62,485 nucleotides of DNA, filler included, from 7 parts of 7 records of this genome joined end to end with filler, not necessarily neighbours in it; one strand, 5' to 3'; numbered from the whole stretch's first letter, positions 10,247 through 20,821 are shown. Notes: a model not told the origin generated them from the letters alone. A program made the numbers and translations.

Positions 10247-11839
10247 TCACTTTGAAAGCGACACGCGGATGTATTCTCCAGCACCTGCAAAGAACAGAGG
10301 GGAGTTTTTCGAATGAAGGAATGGTGCAAATTCTTCAATGTCGGCGATGGTGGTCTCGAAGTCATCGTCGGTTGGACCGTCGTTGCCTGAGTCCACTTGG
10401 AATGTGACCGTGTTGCCTTGTTTCGTGATTCGTACCAGGTGCGGACCCGCGGTGGCCAACTCTCCGACGTTCTCCTCTCCTAGCTTGAAACGATTCAGTT
10501 CGACCAAGCCCGGTTCAATTCGCATGTACGGTGAATGCAGCCGCAAATAGACAGAGTCTTTCAATCCGTTGTAACTGCGGTCGGCGACTCCGTATCCAAT
10601 CCCAATGTTTGCCACCATGTCCTCGGGGCCGAATTGAAGAACCGTTTCGAAAGTGAAATCTCGAGATACACAACCGATGTCTTTGGTGAAGATGACACCC
10701 TGGTTTCGATATGTGAATTCGTCGTATCCCTGAATGCGAATGCCGCCCGCTTCCCCTTTTTGGTAGCGAGATCGGGTTGTGAGAAATGATGGCAGAGCCC
10801 GCGACTCACCCAAGGCCTTGCCGTTTCGGGGCATCTGGGGTGGGCTCGGACGTTTCGACGCAAGACCGGGTTCCGTGTCTGCCATCGTCCGAGGCAGGCT
10901 GATTGAGGTGGAAGTTGCAACGACGATTCGTCCGGTTTGTACATCGATCAATCGGACGTAAACGATGCCCCGCGTGCGGCCATTGGCGACGATTTTGCCC
11001 GCCACGACATGAGTTGCTCCTGACAATTCGCCAAGCTTTTGAGCGGTTTTCGGATCGAAAAGAATGGAGTTTTGTGCGAGCAATTCATCCAAGACTGATC
11101 CCAGTGATTCGCGATCGACGACAGGGACTCTTCGGTTGACCAGCCTGGTCGTGAGATCTTCGGCCATGACAAGTGTCTCATCAGCCGTGTTTCCGTTCTG
11201 GTCACGAATGGGGCAAACCGCGATTCGCAGATCGAGATTGGGTTCAACCTCATCGCCAACTTGCAGATCGGGTTCCAGGTTTCCGACTAGTTTCGCTTTG
11301 CAGTACTTTTCGTGAGTCTCGATGACCTGGATCTCTGCGATCTTAGGACGTTCGACTGCAATCACCTCGCCGCTCACGGGATCTTTGATTTCGCCTTCAT
11401 TGCGGAAGACATCTAGCTTGGCGTCTTCGCGAATGCCGCTGTTGGTACCAAGCGTGACATAGATGACCTGCGACGACACCTTGGCGATCCGGCCTGGTTG
11501 TTTCCTTTGCGACGCAATTTGTGCGACCTTCCAGCTCAGCATTTCTGCCAGCCCGATTGATTCCACCGCATCATCAAAGGCAAATGGTGTGACCACCTCT
11601 TTGACATTGCTCCGCTCGAAATTGACATCCGTCTTGGTGTGAATGTCTCGGATCGTCACGTTGTTAGGGTCTTGGTCGAGTAGCGTTCCGATAATGGGAT
11701 TGGAGTTGTCCTTCAGAAGGACTTTGAACAACGGTGGCGATGAAACCTGTGCTGAGACCGATGAGCAGGCAAAGGTTCCGATGATAACAACGAACAGATA
11801 TCGGCTGAACGCAAGCGAGCGGATGGTTTGAGGAACCAT
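10247..11839 (-). CDS. exported protein with FlgT-C-like beta domain, CsgG/TolB-N-like domain and C-terminal beta domain
   Basis: signal peptide; VYVTLG..SGI...DPVSGE; VVDRESL..VLDEL...AQKLGELSGA...RLIDVQTG. Confidence 0.7.
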   Translation of the reverse strand: MVPQTIRSLAFSRYLFVVIIGTFACSSVSAQVSSPPLFKVLLKDNSNPIIGTLLDQDPNNVTIRDIHTKTDVNFERSNVKEVVTPFAFDDAVESIGLAEMLSWKVAQIASQRKQPGRIAKVSSQVIYVTLGTNSGIREDAKLDVFRNEGEIKDPVSGEVIAVERPKIAEIQVIETHEKYCKAKLVGNLEPDLQVGDEVEPNLDLRIAVCPIRDQNGNTADETLVMAEDLTTRLVNRRVPVVDRESLGSVLDELLAQNSILFDPKTAQKLGELSGATHVVAGKIVANGRTRGIVYVRLIDVQTGRIVVATSTSISLPRTMADTEPGLASKRPSPPQMPRNGKALGESRALPSFLTTRSRYQKGEAGGIRIQGYDEFTYRNQGVIFTKDIGCVSRDFTFETVLQFGPEDMVANIGIGYGVADRSYNGLKDSVYLRLHSPYMRIEPGLVELNRFKLGEENVGELATAGPHLVRITKQGNTVTFQVDSGNDGPTDDDFETTIADIEEFAPFLHSKNSPLFFAGAGEYIRVSLSK

Positions 11840-12108
11840 GGAGCGATTGACTTATCAGAGCGAATGAAATGAAGGGCGTCTGAGACGACTAGCGATTCAA
11901 TTGCAGAATGTCCGCCATGGTAATCCCAGATAAAATCCGGTTTCGGGACGAGCGGGGGTCATCGTACCAGCGTGGTTGGGAACGTCAAATTTGCTGATGA
12001 TGCGGAGAGATTGACGAGTGCCGGATTGGCATTTTCTGGCATTCCCAGGTCTCTTTGAAGCCAATCTCGCCTGGATGAATCAGACGCGAAGTCGCGAAAG
12101 GCGAAAAG

Positions 12109-13074
12109 CTATATCTGCTCGGCGAATTGTTGTTGCATCGTGTCGAGAAACTTCTGCAGTTGGTCGGCAGGAAGTTGGTTGATGCCAGCTGCAGCTTTGC
12201 GGCCGCCTCCGGTTGGGAATTGTCGGACCAGTTCGTCGGCACCGGTCTTGGTGGTCAAAGGAGCGCGGACGCTGACGAGGTAATCGCCCGAAGGCAGTTC
12301 GCTGAGCAACGCATGGGCTCGGTTGGGATTTTCACGGGCGAGTTGGTTGCTGTAGACGCCGCTGACTCGCCGTGAAAAGGAATCGTTGGGAAACAGGAAC
12401 GCGGCGCAGGATTCGGTCGCCATCTTGGGTTCGATCGAAGCGGCTCGCTTCATGTCGCTGTCGAAACCATCGCGAAGTGTTTCGAATGTGGTGTCCGCCG
12501 CGATGAACTCAAACGGATCCGCATAAGGTTGGACCTTGCGATACAGTTTGTCAGGAGCGAAGTAAAGATCGTCGAGCGTTCCCCCATAGCCGTTGTAGTT
12601 GAGCAGCGTGCCGAGTTGTTCCAGTTCTGCCAGTTGCGAGTCGCTGAGTTGAAGTGGTTCGGCGGCGGATTTGGCCGCATCGTGCAAGTTGTCGCCGTAC
12701 AAAGCGGTGACTGCCCAAGGCAAGAATTGACTACTCAGGAATTGATTGACGAGCAGTCCAGTGCACACGTCGCCGGCCGTGTCGATGTGAGTCGACAGCA
12801 GAGGCGACGAAGGAATGTCGCCAGCGAAATGATGGTCGAAGTAGGTGACAGGGACATCGGCAGCCAAAATGCGGTGGAGCTCATCGCGGTTCTTGTCGAG
12901 CGAGACGTCGAGCACGGTCACAGAATCGCCCGAGCTCGCGGGGACTCTTTTGAGCAGGTTGATGTCCCGTTTGACGCCAGTCACCAGCGTGCTGTCTTTG
13001 GGGTCTGCCAGCCGCAGTTGGTGCAATGCGCAAATGCCATCCGCATCGCCATTGAAAACGTCAAAATGAGTCAC
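12109..13074 (-). CDS. DHH/DHHA1-family phosphoesterase
   Basis: NGDADG, FDHH, C-terminal SVR..GGGRKAAAG. Confidence 0.85.
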   Translation of the reverse strand: MTHFDVFNGDADGICALHQLRLADPKDSTLVTGVKRDINLLKRVPASSGDSVTVLDVSLDKNRDELHRILAADVPVTYFDHHFAGDIPSSPLLSTHIDTAGDVCTGLLVNQFLSSQFLPWAVTALYGDNLHDAAKSAAEPLQLSDSQLAELEQLGTLLNYNGYGGTLDDLYFAPDKLYRKVQPYADPFEFIAADTTFETLRDGFDSDMKRAASIEPKMATESCAAFLFPNDSFSRRVSGVYSNQLARENPNRAHALLSELPSGDYLVSVRAPLTTKTGADELVRQFPTGGGRKAAAGINQLPADQLQKFLDTMQQQFAEQI

Positions 13075-13198
13075 GTCGGTATCTCAGTGAGAGTGGTGGG
13101 TGGAGGCCGCGAGCGATTGAGGCTGTGAGACTCTTTGCTCGTCAGATTTGATTCTAGTTCCACATCCCGAAAGCGAAACCGTGCCTGGGGTGCAAGGC

Positions 13199-14386
13199 TC
13201 AAAGCCCCAGTTCATCCAGTGCGATGGTTTGGAACTCCAAGTCGGCCCGGGAAGACTCGTAGAGGATTCCGAGGGTCGTGTCGTCGACCATCACGAGCGA
13301 GCTGTAGGCGCCGCCGTCGTTGTCCAAGACGACCTGTCGATTGGACGGCCATGTCAAACCGTCATCCAGGCTGGCTCGCACGGTCATGTTGGCACGTCGG
13401 GTTTTGTGATGTGGGTTGCTGAAGATCAGAGCACGGCGGCCATCGGTCAATGAGTTTGAGATCAGACTGGCCATGCAAACGGGTTCAGGCAGTGCGCCAT
13501 GATCACTTGGGTGAATCGTCCAGGTCTGGCCCAAGTCGCTCGTCACGCTGATGGCTCGTCCGTTGGTGTCGGATTTGTCCTTGCGATTTCGGTTGTCTCT
13601 CATGTTCAACATCAGAGAACCGTCGGCCAACTCGGCAACGGCACACTCGGTCGTGTCGGAGCGTGCCGGATTGGAAACGGTCCAAGTCTTTCCGTGATCG
13701 CGGGAGTAGATGACGTTGGAAAAGGGAAGCCCAGTTTGGTCGCGGCCCTGCGTGGGGATCACCAACGTGCCATCGGTCATTGTGATTCCGTTGCCTGGCG
13801 CGGGAGCGAACAGGTACCACCTAGGATCCTTGAGTTGCTTCGTCCAGTTCTCGGGTGACGACCAAGTTTGACCGTCGTCGTTGGAACGGACGGCGAGGAA
13901 TTGGGTGGAGGTGGCAATGTCCAGTCCAGGTTCAGATCCATTGCCTCGCCATTGATGCGTGCCTGGTTTGCCGTGAGTCCAGACGGCGGTGACGATGATT
14001 TCACCAGTTTGTGTGTCGACCAAAATGTTGGGATCGGAGCATCCGTTTTGGTTCTCGGGCAATGCTCCGTGGGTGCCCATGTCCATGATCGGACGCGGGG
14101 CGGCCCAAGTCTTTCCGCCATCTGTAGATCGCGAGAGTCCGATGTCCATGTGACCTTGAAGATCGCGACGACTGTCATATCTCATGTCGTAAACCGCCAG
14201 CAAAGTTCCCTCGTTGGAACGAGCGATCCCGGGAATGCGAAATGTATGGCAATCGTGTTCGCCTTGGCGGTGAAGGAGCACCGATGTTCGTTCGTCCGCC
14301 TTGGCAATGGATGCCAGCGAACAAGTCAAAAAGATCGAAGTCAGGAGCGTTGCGACGCAACGTGGGGAGATAAAACGCTGGGACAT
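13199..14386 (-). CDS. exo-alpha-sialidase (GH33-like, BNR repeats)
   Basis: FRIP motif and five Asp-boxes (STDGGKTW, SNDDGQTW, SRDHGKTW, TSDLGQTW, SLDDGLTW); signal peptide. Confidence 0.93.
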   Translation of the reverse strand: MSQRFISPRCVATLLTSIFLTCSLASIAKADERTSVLLHRQGEHDCHTFRIPGIARSNEGTLLAVYDMRYDSRRDLQGHMDIGLSRSTDGGKTWAAPRPIMDMGTHGALPENQNGCSDPNILVDTQTGEIIVTAVWTHGKPGTHQWRGNGSEPGLDIATSTQFLAVRSNDDGQTWSSPENWTKQLKDPRWYLFAPAPGNGITMTDGTLVIPTQGRDQTGLPFSNVIYSRDHGKTWTVSNPARSDTTECAVAELADGSLMLNMRDNRNRKDKSDTNGRAISVTSDLGQTWTIHPSDHGALPEPVCMASLISNSLTDGRRALIFSNPHHKTRRANMTVRASLDDGLTWPSNRQVVLDNDGGAYSSLVMVDDTTLGILYESSRADLEFQTIALDELGL

Positions 14387-14560
14387 GGGAGGGAGCTTGG
14401 CGGGGCGGTTTTGGCGGGAGGCAAATAAAAAAGCCGACGCGAAACTTGATGGCAAGTTTGCGTCGGCTTCAAGATAGTCGGCTTTGCAGCCTAGGAGTTG
14501 CTGGTGAAGGGTGGCTCTGGGCTCGTTTACCCCTCACCCCGAGTCCCTCTGTCCAAGGGA

Positions 14561-14643
14561 GGTCGTGCAGTTTCAAAGTTGCCGTATTGCCACGCGTTTC
14601 AAATCACCCTACCAAAGGGAGGGTGAAGTGAAACTGCACAACC
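14561..14643. repeat. 83-bp MITE/REPIN-like element with 15-bp terminal inverted repeats
   Basis: ggtcgtgcagtttca (14561-14575) versus tgaaactgcacaacc (14629-14643), 1 mismatch; internal hairpin tcaccct...agggtga. Confidence 0.55.
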
Positions 14644-14727
14644 GCCGAGGCGGGGCGAGACTGTTGTTATTTGGAAACGAAAGTTGCTTCCGAACGGGGC
14701 AGGGCCCCAGACGAACTTCCTTCCGGA

Positions 14728-17700
14728 TCAGTTCTTGATCTTCGCTTTCTTCTTCAGCTGATTCAGCGTCTTCGCACCGCCTTGGTTGACGTCGAAGATG
14801 AACTTGGCGAGATCCAGAAATTCTTGTCGATCCTTCAGCATGTTGACGAGGCCGGGTGGCATGGTCGAGTTTTGCGACTCGAGCACGTCTTCCACATCGT
14901 CAATTGGGATGGTGCGGGGTTTGCCTTGATCAGCGGCGATGCTGAGTGTGATCTTGTCATCGGTTTCTTCCACGAGGAAGCCGGAAAGGATGGCGCCGTC
15001 GACTGTGATCACGTTCACCGTTTGGTAACCTTCCAAGATCTTTTCGGATGGTTTCAGGATCGATTCGATCAAGTGCTCATGCGTTATGTCCTCACGTGTT
15101 TTGGTGAGGTGGGGGCCAAGTTGGTAGCCTTCGTTGACGTCGTGGCAAGTCGCACATGCGGTCTTGGAGCCGTAGAAGTACGTGGCACCACGAATGGCAT
15201 CGCCCTTTTCATGAGCGTCTCGAACCAAGTCGCTGAGTGATTCTGCAAGCAGTTCGTTTTCGAGCTGGTTGTTTGCCGGTTCGTCTTCGATCATCTCCGG
15301 GCGGCTGTCCTCGGGGAACGGATGCATTTCGATCAGTTCCTCGGGGCTGTAGAAACGTTGGCGGTCTTCCGTCGCGGCGCGAACGCGTTTGACTTCGTCC
15401 GGTTTGATTTCGCTGGCGTCATTGCCCCAGCTGTTGCGAGCATAGGTCAGTGCTGCGGCGATTTCCGCATCGGAGAACATGTTGCCAATGGCGGTCATTG
15501 GCGGCACACCTTGAGTCGGTTCAAAGACTTTGCCGCGAACGCGAATTTTTCCCCAGATGCCGTGAAGGGTCAGCTTGATCAGCCGCTCTGAGTCACCGGT
15601 GACCCATTCACTGCCGGCCAACGGTGGATAGATCCGTGCGATGCCTTCACCGTTTTCACGGTGGCAAGCGTAGCAGGAGCCTTCTTCGAAAAAGACTTGC
15701 TGGCCCAGGTTGTAGGTCTGAGCAAATGCTTTGTTCTTGAACTTGTCGGACTTGGTTCGGTAGTCCTTCGGTTTGGCCGCACCTTCCAATTTGCCGGCGA
15801 GCAATTGCTTGTACTCAACCAATAAGTTGTCTGGATCAAACGCTTTGTCCTGAATCTCTTTCTCAATGTCTTCTTTGAGCAGCGGCATGGCACTGTTGAG
15901 GGCGTTGCGGATCCAGCGGTCTGTCTTGTGGGAGGCAACGGTTAGCAACACTTTCGCACCGGATTGGCCGCCCAGCCATGAACCGGCTGAGAGAGCTTCC
16001 AAACGAACGCGAGGGTGTGTGTCCGCAGCAGCGGTCAGCAAGTACGTCTCGGGATGGTCGAGCAAGTGCAGGCAATGCCGGACGACTCGAACCGCTGCGG
16101 AGCGGACGCGGTGGTCTTCGGCTTGCAAGCATTGGTTGAGCAATTCGGTGGACGGTTCTTGATGACCCCAGGTCGCCCAAAGAGCTTCCAAAACCAAGCG
16201 TTCGTTGTCTGCGTTTTCACTGGCGAATTTCATCGCAGCAGCAATCACGGCTTGTTTGTCACGACCACGCAATTCGAGGTGCGAACGTTTGCGAGCGTTG
16301 AGTTCGGGCAGTTTCATGTTCTCGAACAATTGTTCGATATCAGCCCCGGCAACGGTCGGTGGTTCGACCAAGTCACGGTCCGCGTAGGTGATGCGATAGA
16401 TGCGACCGTATTCTGAATTCCGCATCGGGTCACGAGCACTGTGTTGCATGTGACCGATCAGCGTGTTGTGCCAATCGATGAAGTACAGACTTCCATCGGG
16501 GGCGACCTCTAAGTCACAGGGGCGGAAGTTTCCGTCGGAGGACTGGATCAAGTCTTGGCGGAATTTGCCTTTGATCTCAACTCCATCTTCAACGGTCTTG
16601 TACTGCTTGAGTCCCAAGAAGCCAATCGTGTTGGCGTACATGTAGTCGCCTTGGACTTCATCGGGGAAGTGACGGCTGTAGAGGAACTCCGAGCCCGAAG
16701 TGGGGCGAGCATGGTGTTCGTAGTTGAACTTCGAAACCTTTGGGATTTCTTTTGAATGCGGGACCTTGATCGAGTAACCCAGCATCCAGTACTGGGCACC
16801 ACCGGAGGCATCGTTGACGAACGTTTGGCCATATTCGTCATGAGCGACACCCCATGGGTTGTTGACGTCTGACTGCATGACGCGTTCCACCTTCCATGAC
16901 TTTGGATCGAAACGCCAAATGCCACCGTCGGTCATGCGCTCGGGGCCCCACGGGGTTTCGACTTGCGAGTGAAGGAAACGGCCTTCGCACATGTAGATGC
17001 CAGCACCATGGTCGACATCAAATGCTGAGATGGCGTGGTGGGTGTCGTGGGGATCGAAACCGTCGAGCAAGACTTCCATCTTGTCAGCATGATCGTCGCC
17101 GTCGGTGTCCTTGAGCAGCACCAAAAAAGGTTCTTGCGAGAGGTAGACTCCTTCGGGGGCCAATTCGAAACCGATCGGCATGTGCAATCCATCGGCGAAG
17201 ACGGTTTCTTTGTCTGCGCGTCCGTCGCCGTCGGTGTCCTCGTAGATCAGGATCATGTCGTTGGGTTTGGAGTCACCCGGTTTGTAGTGTGGGTAACTCG
17301 GCAGGGTCGAGACCCACAGACGACCTTTGTTGTCAAATCTCATCTGGGCTGGGTTGCCCAGGTTCGGGAAGTCTTGCTCGGAAGCGAACATGGAGACTTC
17401 GTAGCCTTCCGGCAACGTGAACGTCTTGAGAGCTTCTTCCTCGGCTTTGAGATAGTCCGGATTGCCGTTCTTCTCGCTCATGCGAAAGTTCGTTTCGACC
17501 GACGACAAAGGCCGAGTGATCGAATCGTCGACTTCGAGGGTGGACGATTTACCTTGTGCGATTGCCCAAATGTTCCGGTCACGCAAGACCGTCATCTGAC
17601 GGATCTTCTCGATTTCTTCTGGATAGTTGAAGTTTCCGTAGGGAGCCCAACGCCGACCGTAAGCGTGCACGCCGTTGAGCATGCGGAAGTCATTGCGCCA

Positions 17701-18810
17701 GAACCACGCTTTGTCTTGGACCGCCGCGTGCAACAGCGAATCCTTCGGGGCGACACCGGAGTCGGCACCGAACAGTTGTTGCATGATGACGGGAGCAAGC
17801 TTGCGATAACCCTCTTCGGACAGGTGCACGCCGTTGATCGTCAAGGCTTCGTTGGAACTTTGAAACCATTCCAAGGTCGGTGTGTAGAGATCAACGAAGC
17901 CGACATGCTTTTCATCGGCGACCGCACCGACGGCGTCCGCGTACGCCTTCAAAATCGCGTTTCGATCATCCGCATTCGGGAGATTGAACTCGGGATGCTG
18001 CTCCATCGCGATCGGAGTTGCCAAGACGAGGCGAGGTGGTTTGGATGCGTCACGTTCGTAGGAACGCGAGAGGGTGTGATCGACGAAGGCTCGTAGTTCG
18101 TTCTTGAAATTTTCGACTCCGTCCAAGCCGTCGAAGGATTCGTTGAACCCAAAGAAGGCGACAATCGTGTTGGCTTTGACGATCGTCAGCCATTCGTCTG
18201 GTTTCGGATAATGGCCTTCGCCGTAGTGGCCTTGGATTTCGGGACGAAACGTTTCGGCACCGGGAAATGCCCAAGGATCTTTCTTGCCAGCTTCTGGACG
18301 ATAAGCCGGGGTGTGGCCCGGAAATCCCATGTTGCGGAACGTCAAATCCTTCTCAGGGAACTGCTGGTAGAGTGCCGTTTCAAAGGCATTGAACAGTTCC
18401 ATTCGCGAAGCCAGGCCGTTGCCGAGGAAAGCGATCGTTTCGCCTTGGGTCGGTTTCAGCGGCAACGAGGTGGCGGGAGCGTCGCCATCGACTTCGACGG
18501 GTTGCAAGTATTCCGGACGAACTCGCTTGGTTTGCTGAATTTCGTTGTCGGTGACGGTCGTGATGACTTCGGGGGCAACGGTTTCGTCGGCGGACTTGTC
18601 ATCCGCGTGCGATCGCGAAAGTCCTCCGGCGAGCAGTAGAGTGGCACAAGCGAGGCCAACGCGAGTCAGTTTCGACGTTGAGAGTCGCATTTGATTTGCT
18701 GGCAGTCGCAAATTGTTTTTGGCTAACAGTTTCATTTTGAGGCAGGTTCTTAGCAGCGAGTTTTGCTCGCCGAAGAAGGTGAGAGGTGGGGAGGTGGGTG
18801 AACGTCGCAT
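14728..18810 (-). CDS. PVC-type heme-binding CxxCH protein (SGNH-like domain, beta-propeller dehydrogenase-like domain, HEAT repeats, two cytochrome c domains)
   Basis: DTDGDGRAD repeats, NPWG, FRPCD..PDGSLYFIDW, HEAT segment, CYACH and CATCH; true start probably somewhat downstream. Confidence 0.9.
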   Translation of the reverse strand: MRRSPTSPPLTFFGEQNSLLRTCLKMKLLAKNNLRLPANQMRLSTSKLTRVGLACATLLLAGGLSRSHADDKSADETVAPEVITTVTDNEIQQTKRVRPEYLQPVEVDGDAPATSLPLKPTQGETIAFLGNGLASRMELFNAFETALYQQFPEKDLTFRNMGFPGHTPAYRPEAGKKDPWAFPGAETFRPEIQGHYGEGHYPKPDEWLTIVKANTIVAFFGFNESFDGLDGVENFKNELRAFVDHTLSRSYERDASKPPRLVLATPIAMEQHPEFNLPNADDRNAILKAYADAVGAVADEKHVGFVDLYTPTLEWFQSSNEALTINGVHLSEEGYRKLAPVIMQQLFGADSGVAPKDSLLHAAVQDKAWFWRNDFRMLNGVHAYGRRWAPYGNFNYPEEIEKIRQMTVLRDRNIWAIAQGKSSTLEVDDSITRPLSSVETNFRMSEKNGNPDYLKAEEEALKTFTLPEGYEVSMFASEQDFPNLGNPAQMRFDNKGRLWVSTLPSYPHYKPGDSKPNDMILIYEDTDGDGRADKETVFADGLHMPIGFELAPEGVYLSQEPFLVLLKDTDGDDHADKMEVLLDGFDPHDTHHAISAFDVDHGAGIYMCEGRFLHSQVETPWGPERMTDGGIWRFDPKSWKVERVMQSDVNNPWGVAHDEYGQTFVNDASGGAQYWMLGYSIKVPHSKEIPKVSKFNYEHHARPTSGSEFLYSRHFPDEVQGDYMYANTIGFLGLKQYKTVEDGVEIKGKFRQDLIQSSDGNFRPCDLEVAPDGSLYFIDWHNTLIGHMQHSARDPMRNSEYGRIYRITYADRDLVEPPTVAGADIEQLFENMKLPELNARKRSHLELRGRDKQAVIAAAMKFASENADNERLVLEALWATWGHQEPSTELLNQCLQAEDHRVRSAAVRVVRHCLHLLDHPETYLLTAAADTHPRVRLEALSAGSWLGGQSGAKVLLTVASHKTDRWIRNALNSAMPLLKEDIEKEIQDKAFDPDNLLVEYKQLLAGKLEGAAKPKDYRTKSDKFKNKAFAQTYNLGQQVFFEEGSCYACHRENGEGIARIYPPLAGSEWVTGDSERLIKLTLHGIWGKIRVRGKVFEPTQGVPPMTAIGNMFSDAEIAAALTYARNSWGNDASEIKPDEVKRVRAATEDRQRFYSPEELIEMHPFPEDSRPEMIEDEPANNQLENELLAESLSDLVRDAHEKGDAIRGATYFYGSKTACATCHDVNEGYQLGPHLTKTREDITHEHLIESILKPSEKILEGYQTVNVITVDGAILSGFLVEETDDKITLSIAADQGKPRTIPIDDVEDVLESQNSTMPPGLVNMLKDRQEFLDLAKFIFDVNQGGAKTLNQLKKKAKIKN

Positions 18811-19185
18811 TCTAGTTCATCGTCTTAGCTTATGGATCATCGAAGCCAGCGGTAGTCCGACGATTTGTCGCATTTGCCGCGTCCATAGACCGTCGACGTC
18901 TATGGAGTGAGACCGCTTGCTTGATCGGTTGCAGTCGGTCCTGGGCCTCAGAAGCCGAGACGTCATCTGCTCCATCGGACGTCGGGAACTACTGTCCGGC
19001 GGCTTCAGGTCTCGATCGCTGCACGCGGGGCCTGTGTTCTATTCCCGCGAATACGTTGTTGAGGCAACTGCAAAGGATTTCAGGGGCAATTGCACAACCA
19101 TGTAGATAGAGCCAATCGGGCGGCTCGTGAGGTGATCGCTAAACCTCTCACAAGAAGGTGATCGCGGCAAAGCATCAAGCGATCG

Positions 19186-19210
19186 GCCGGTGACTGTTGA
19201 AGTCACCGGC
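19186..19210 (-). terminator. hairpin downstream of phoD
   Basis: gccggtgact-gttga-agtcaccggc, perfect 10-bp stem. Confidence 0.55.
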
Positions 19211-19237
19211 GAGAGTGCGAGAAGATTATCTCAGTGA

Positions 19238-20821
19238 TCAGGCTTGGTTCAGTTTGGGTGAGCCTGATTCGACAACGAAGGAATTGCGAGTGAACGTTTT
19301 GCCGCCTGGTTTCAGCACGTCATCCACAACCATGTAGTCGGACTTCCAGCTATTCGGTGTGACGTCGCAGCGGATGTAGCCGCGTTCGGTGTTGTGCCAT
19401 TTGACGCAAGCGTTTTCTGCCAGCACCGCGTCGAGATTCTTGGGTTTGTCTGGACCGTTGCCTCCACTGGATAGCGAAGTGGCAACAAACTCAGTGGCAA
19501 CGAGACCTTGTTCGGTTTGTCGGTCGTCAACGCGAAGTTCGTTGGCCCAGTTGGAATGAATGTCGCCGGTCAAGACAACGGGATTGCTGACTTGTCGATC
19601 TCGAATGTAGTTCAGCAGTTCCATCCGTTCGTGGGAATAGCCGGGCCATTGATCCATCGAGAACTGATGGTTGTCAGGGTCGCCGGAACGATTGACCATT
19701 CCCATCATGACTTGCTGTGCCAGCACATTCCAAGTGGCGGTTGATCGGATCAGGTTGCGAGACAACCATCCGCGCTGCTTCGTTCCCAACATCGACTGAG
19801 TTGGATCCAAGGCAGCTTCGTTCAGTGGGCTTTTGCGATCGCCGTTGGGTTGGTCGGTTCGATACTGGCGAGTATCCAAGATCGAGAACTCGGCCAGTCG
19901 TCCAAATTGAGCCGAGCGATACAGACGCATGTCGCTGCCGCGGGGAATCTGACGCAATCGAAGCGGCATCATTTCGTAATAGGCTTGGTAGGCGTTGGCT
20001 CGTCGCGAAAGGAAAGAGAGTGAGTCGACGCCTGACTCTTCTGAAATGTCGCAAGCGCAGTTGTTGTCAAACTCATGATCATCCCATGTCAGCCACCAAG
20101 GACACTGAGCGTGCATGTTTTGCAGCAACGGATCGGATCGATACTGAGCGTGGCGGACGCGATAGTCACCCAGTGACATGATTTCAGATCCGTGATGAGT
20201 TCGGACCTTCCCATTGCGACCGGCTTCGTATTCGTAGATGTAGTCGCCTAAGTGAAAGACCATGTCGACGTTGTCAGCCGCCATTCGCTCGTAGGCGGTG
20301 AAGAGACCCTGTTCGTAGTTCTGGCACGAGGTGACAGCGAAGCGAACTTGGTCGGGCAGTTGATGCGGCAGTGGCATGGTGCGGGTGCGACCGATGGTGC
20401 TTTCAGCGTCGCCGCATCGGAATCGATACCAATACCAACGGTCGGACTCGAGTTGGTTCAGTTCGACATGGACGGAGTGACCAAGTTGAGGGGTGGCCAG
20501 TTGTGTGCCGGAGGCGACGACGTTTCGCATCGAGTCATCCGTTGCGACTTCCCAAGTCACTTCAACGGTTTGGGCTGGCATACCACCATCGGGAAGCAAC
20601 GGTGAAGGTGCCAAGCGAGTCCATAGGACCATCCCGCGGTGATCGGGATCTCCAGAAGCGACGCCTAGGCTGAATGGATTGCTTGAAAAAGAAATCTTGC
20701 CGTCGGCCCAGGCGTGTTGAGTCGACAGCACGTAGGCGGGCAGCGCGCCGGTAAATGCTAGGAACCGTCGACGATTCCAGGCGGTGGAAGTGACTTGGTC
20801 AGCGTGAGTTGGTCGTGACAT
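19238..20821 (-). CDS. phoD: alkaline phosphatase D
   Basis: Tat signal RRRFL, FSLGVASGDP, HLGDYIYE, WDDHE, LDTRQYR, TGDIH. Confidence 0.97.
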   Translation of the reverse strand: MSRPTHADQVTSTAWNRRRFLAFTGALPAYVLSTQHAWADGKISFSSNPFSLGVASGDPDHRGMVLWTRLAPSPLLPDGGMPAQTVEVTWEVATDDSMRNVVASGTQLATPQLGHSVHVELNQLESDRWYWYRFRCGDAESTIGRTRTMPLPHQLPDQVRFAVTSCQNYEQGLFTAYERMAADNVDMVFHLGDYIYEYEAGRNGKVRTHHGSEIMSLGDYRVRHAQYRSDPLLQNMHAQCPWWLTWDDHEFDNNCACDISEESGVDSLSFLSRRANAYQAYYEMMPLRLRQIPRGSDMRLYRSAQFGRLAEFSILDTRQYRTDQPNGDRKSPLNEAALDPTQSMLGTKQRGWLSRNLIRSTATWNVLAQQVMMGMVNRSGDPDNHQFSMDQWPGYSHERMELLNYIRDRQVSNPVVLTGDIHSNWANELRVDDRQTEQGLVATEFVATSLSSGGNGPDKPKNLDAVLAENACVKWHNTERGYIRCDVTPNSWKSDYMVVDDVLKPGGKTFTRNSFVVESGSPKLNQA

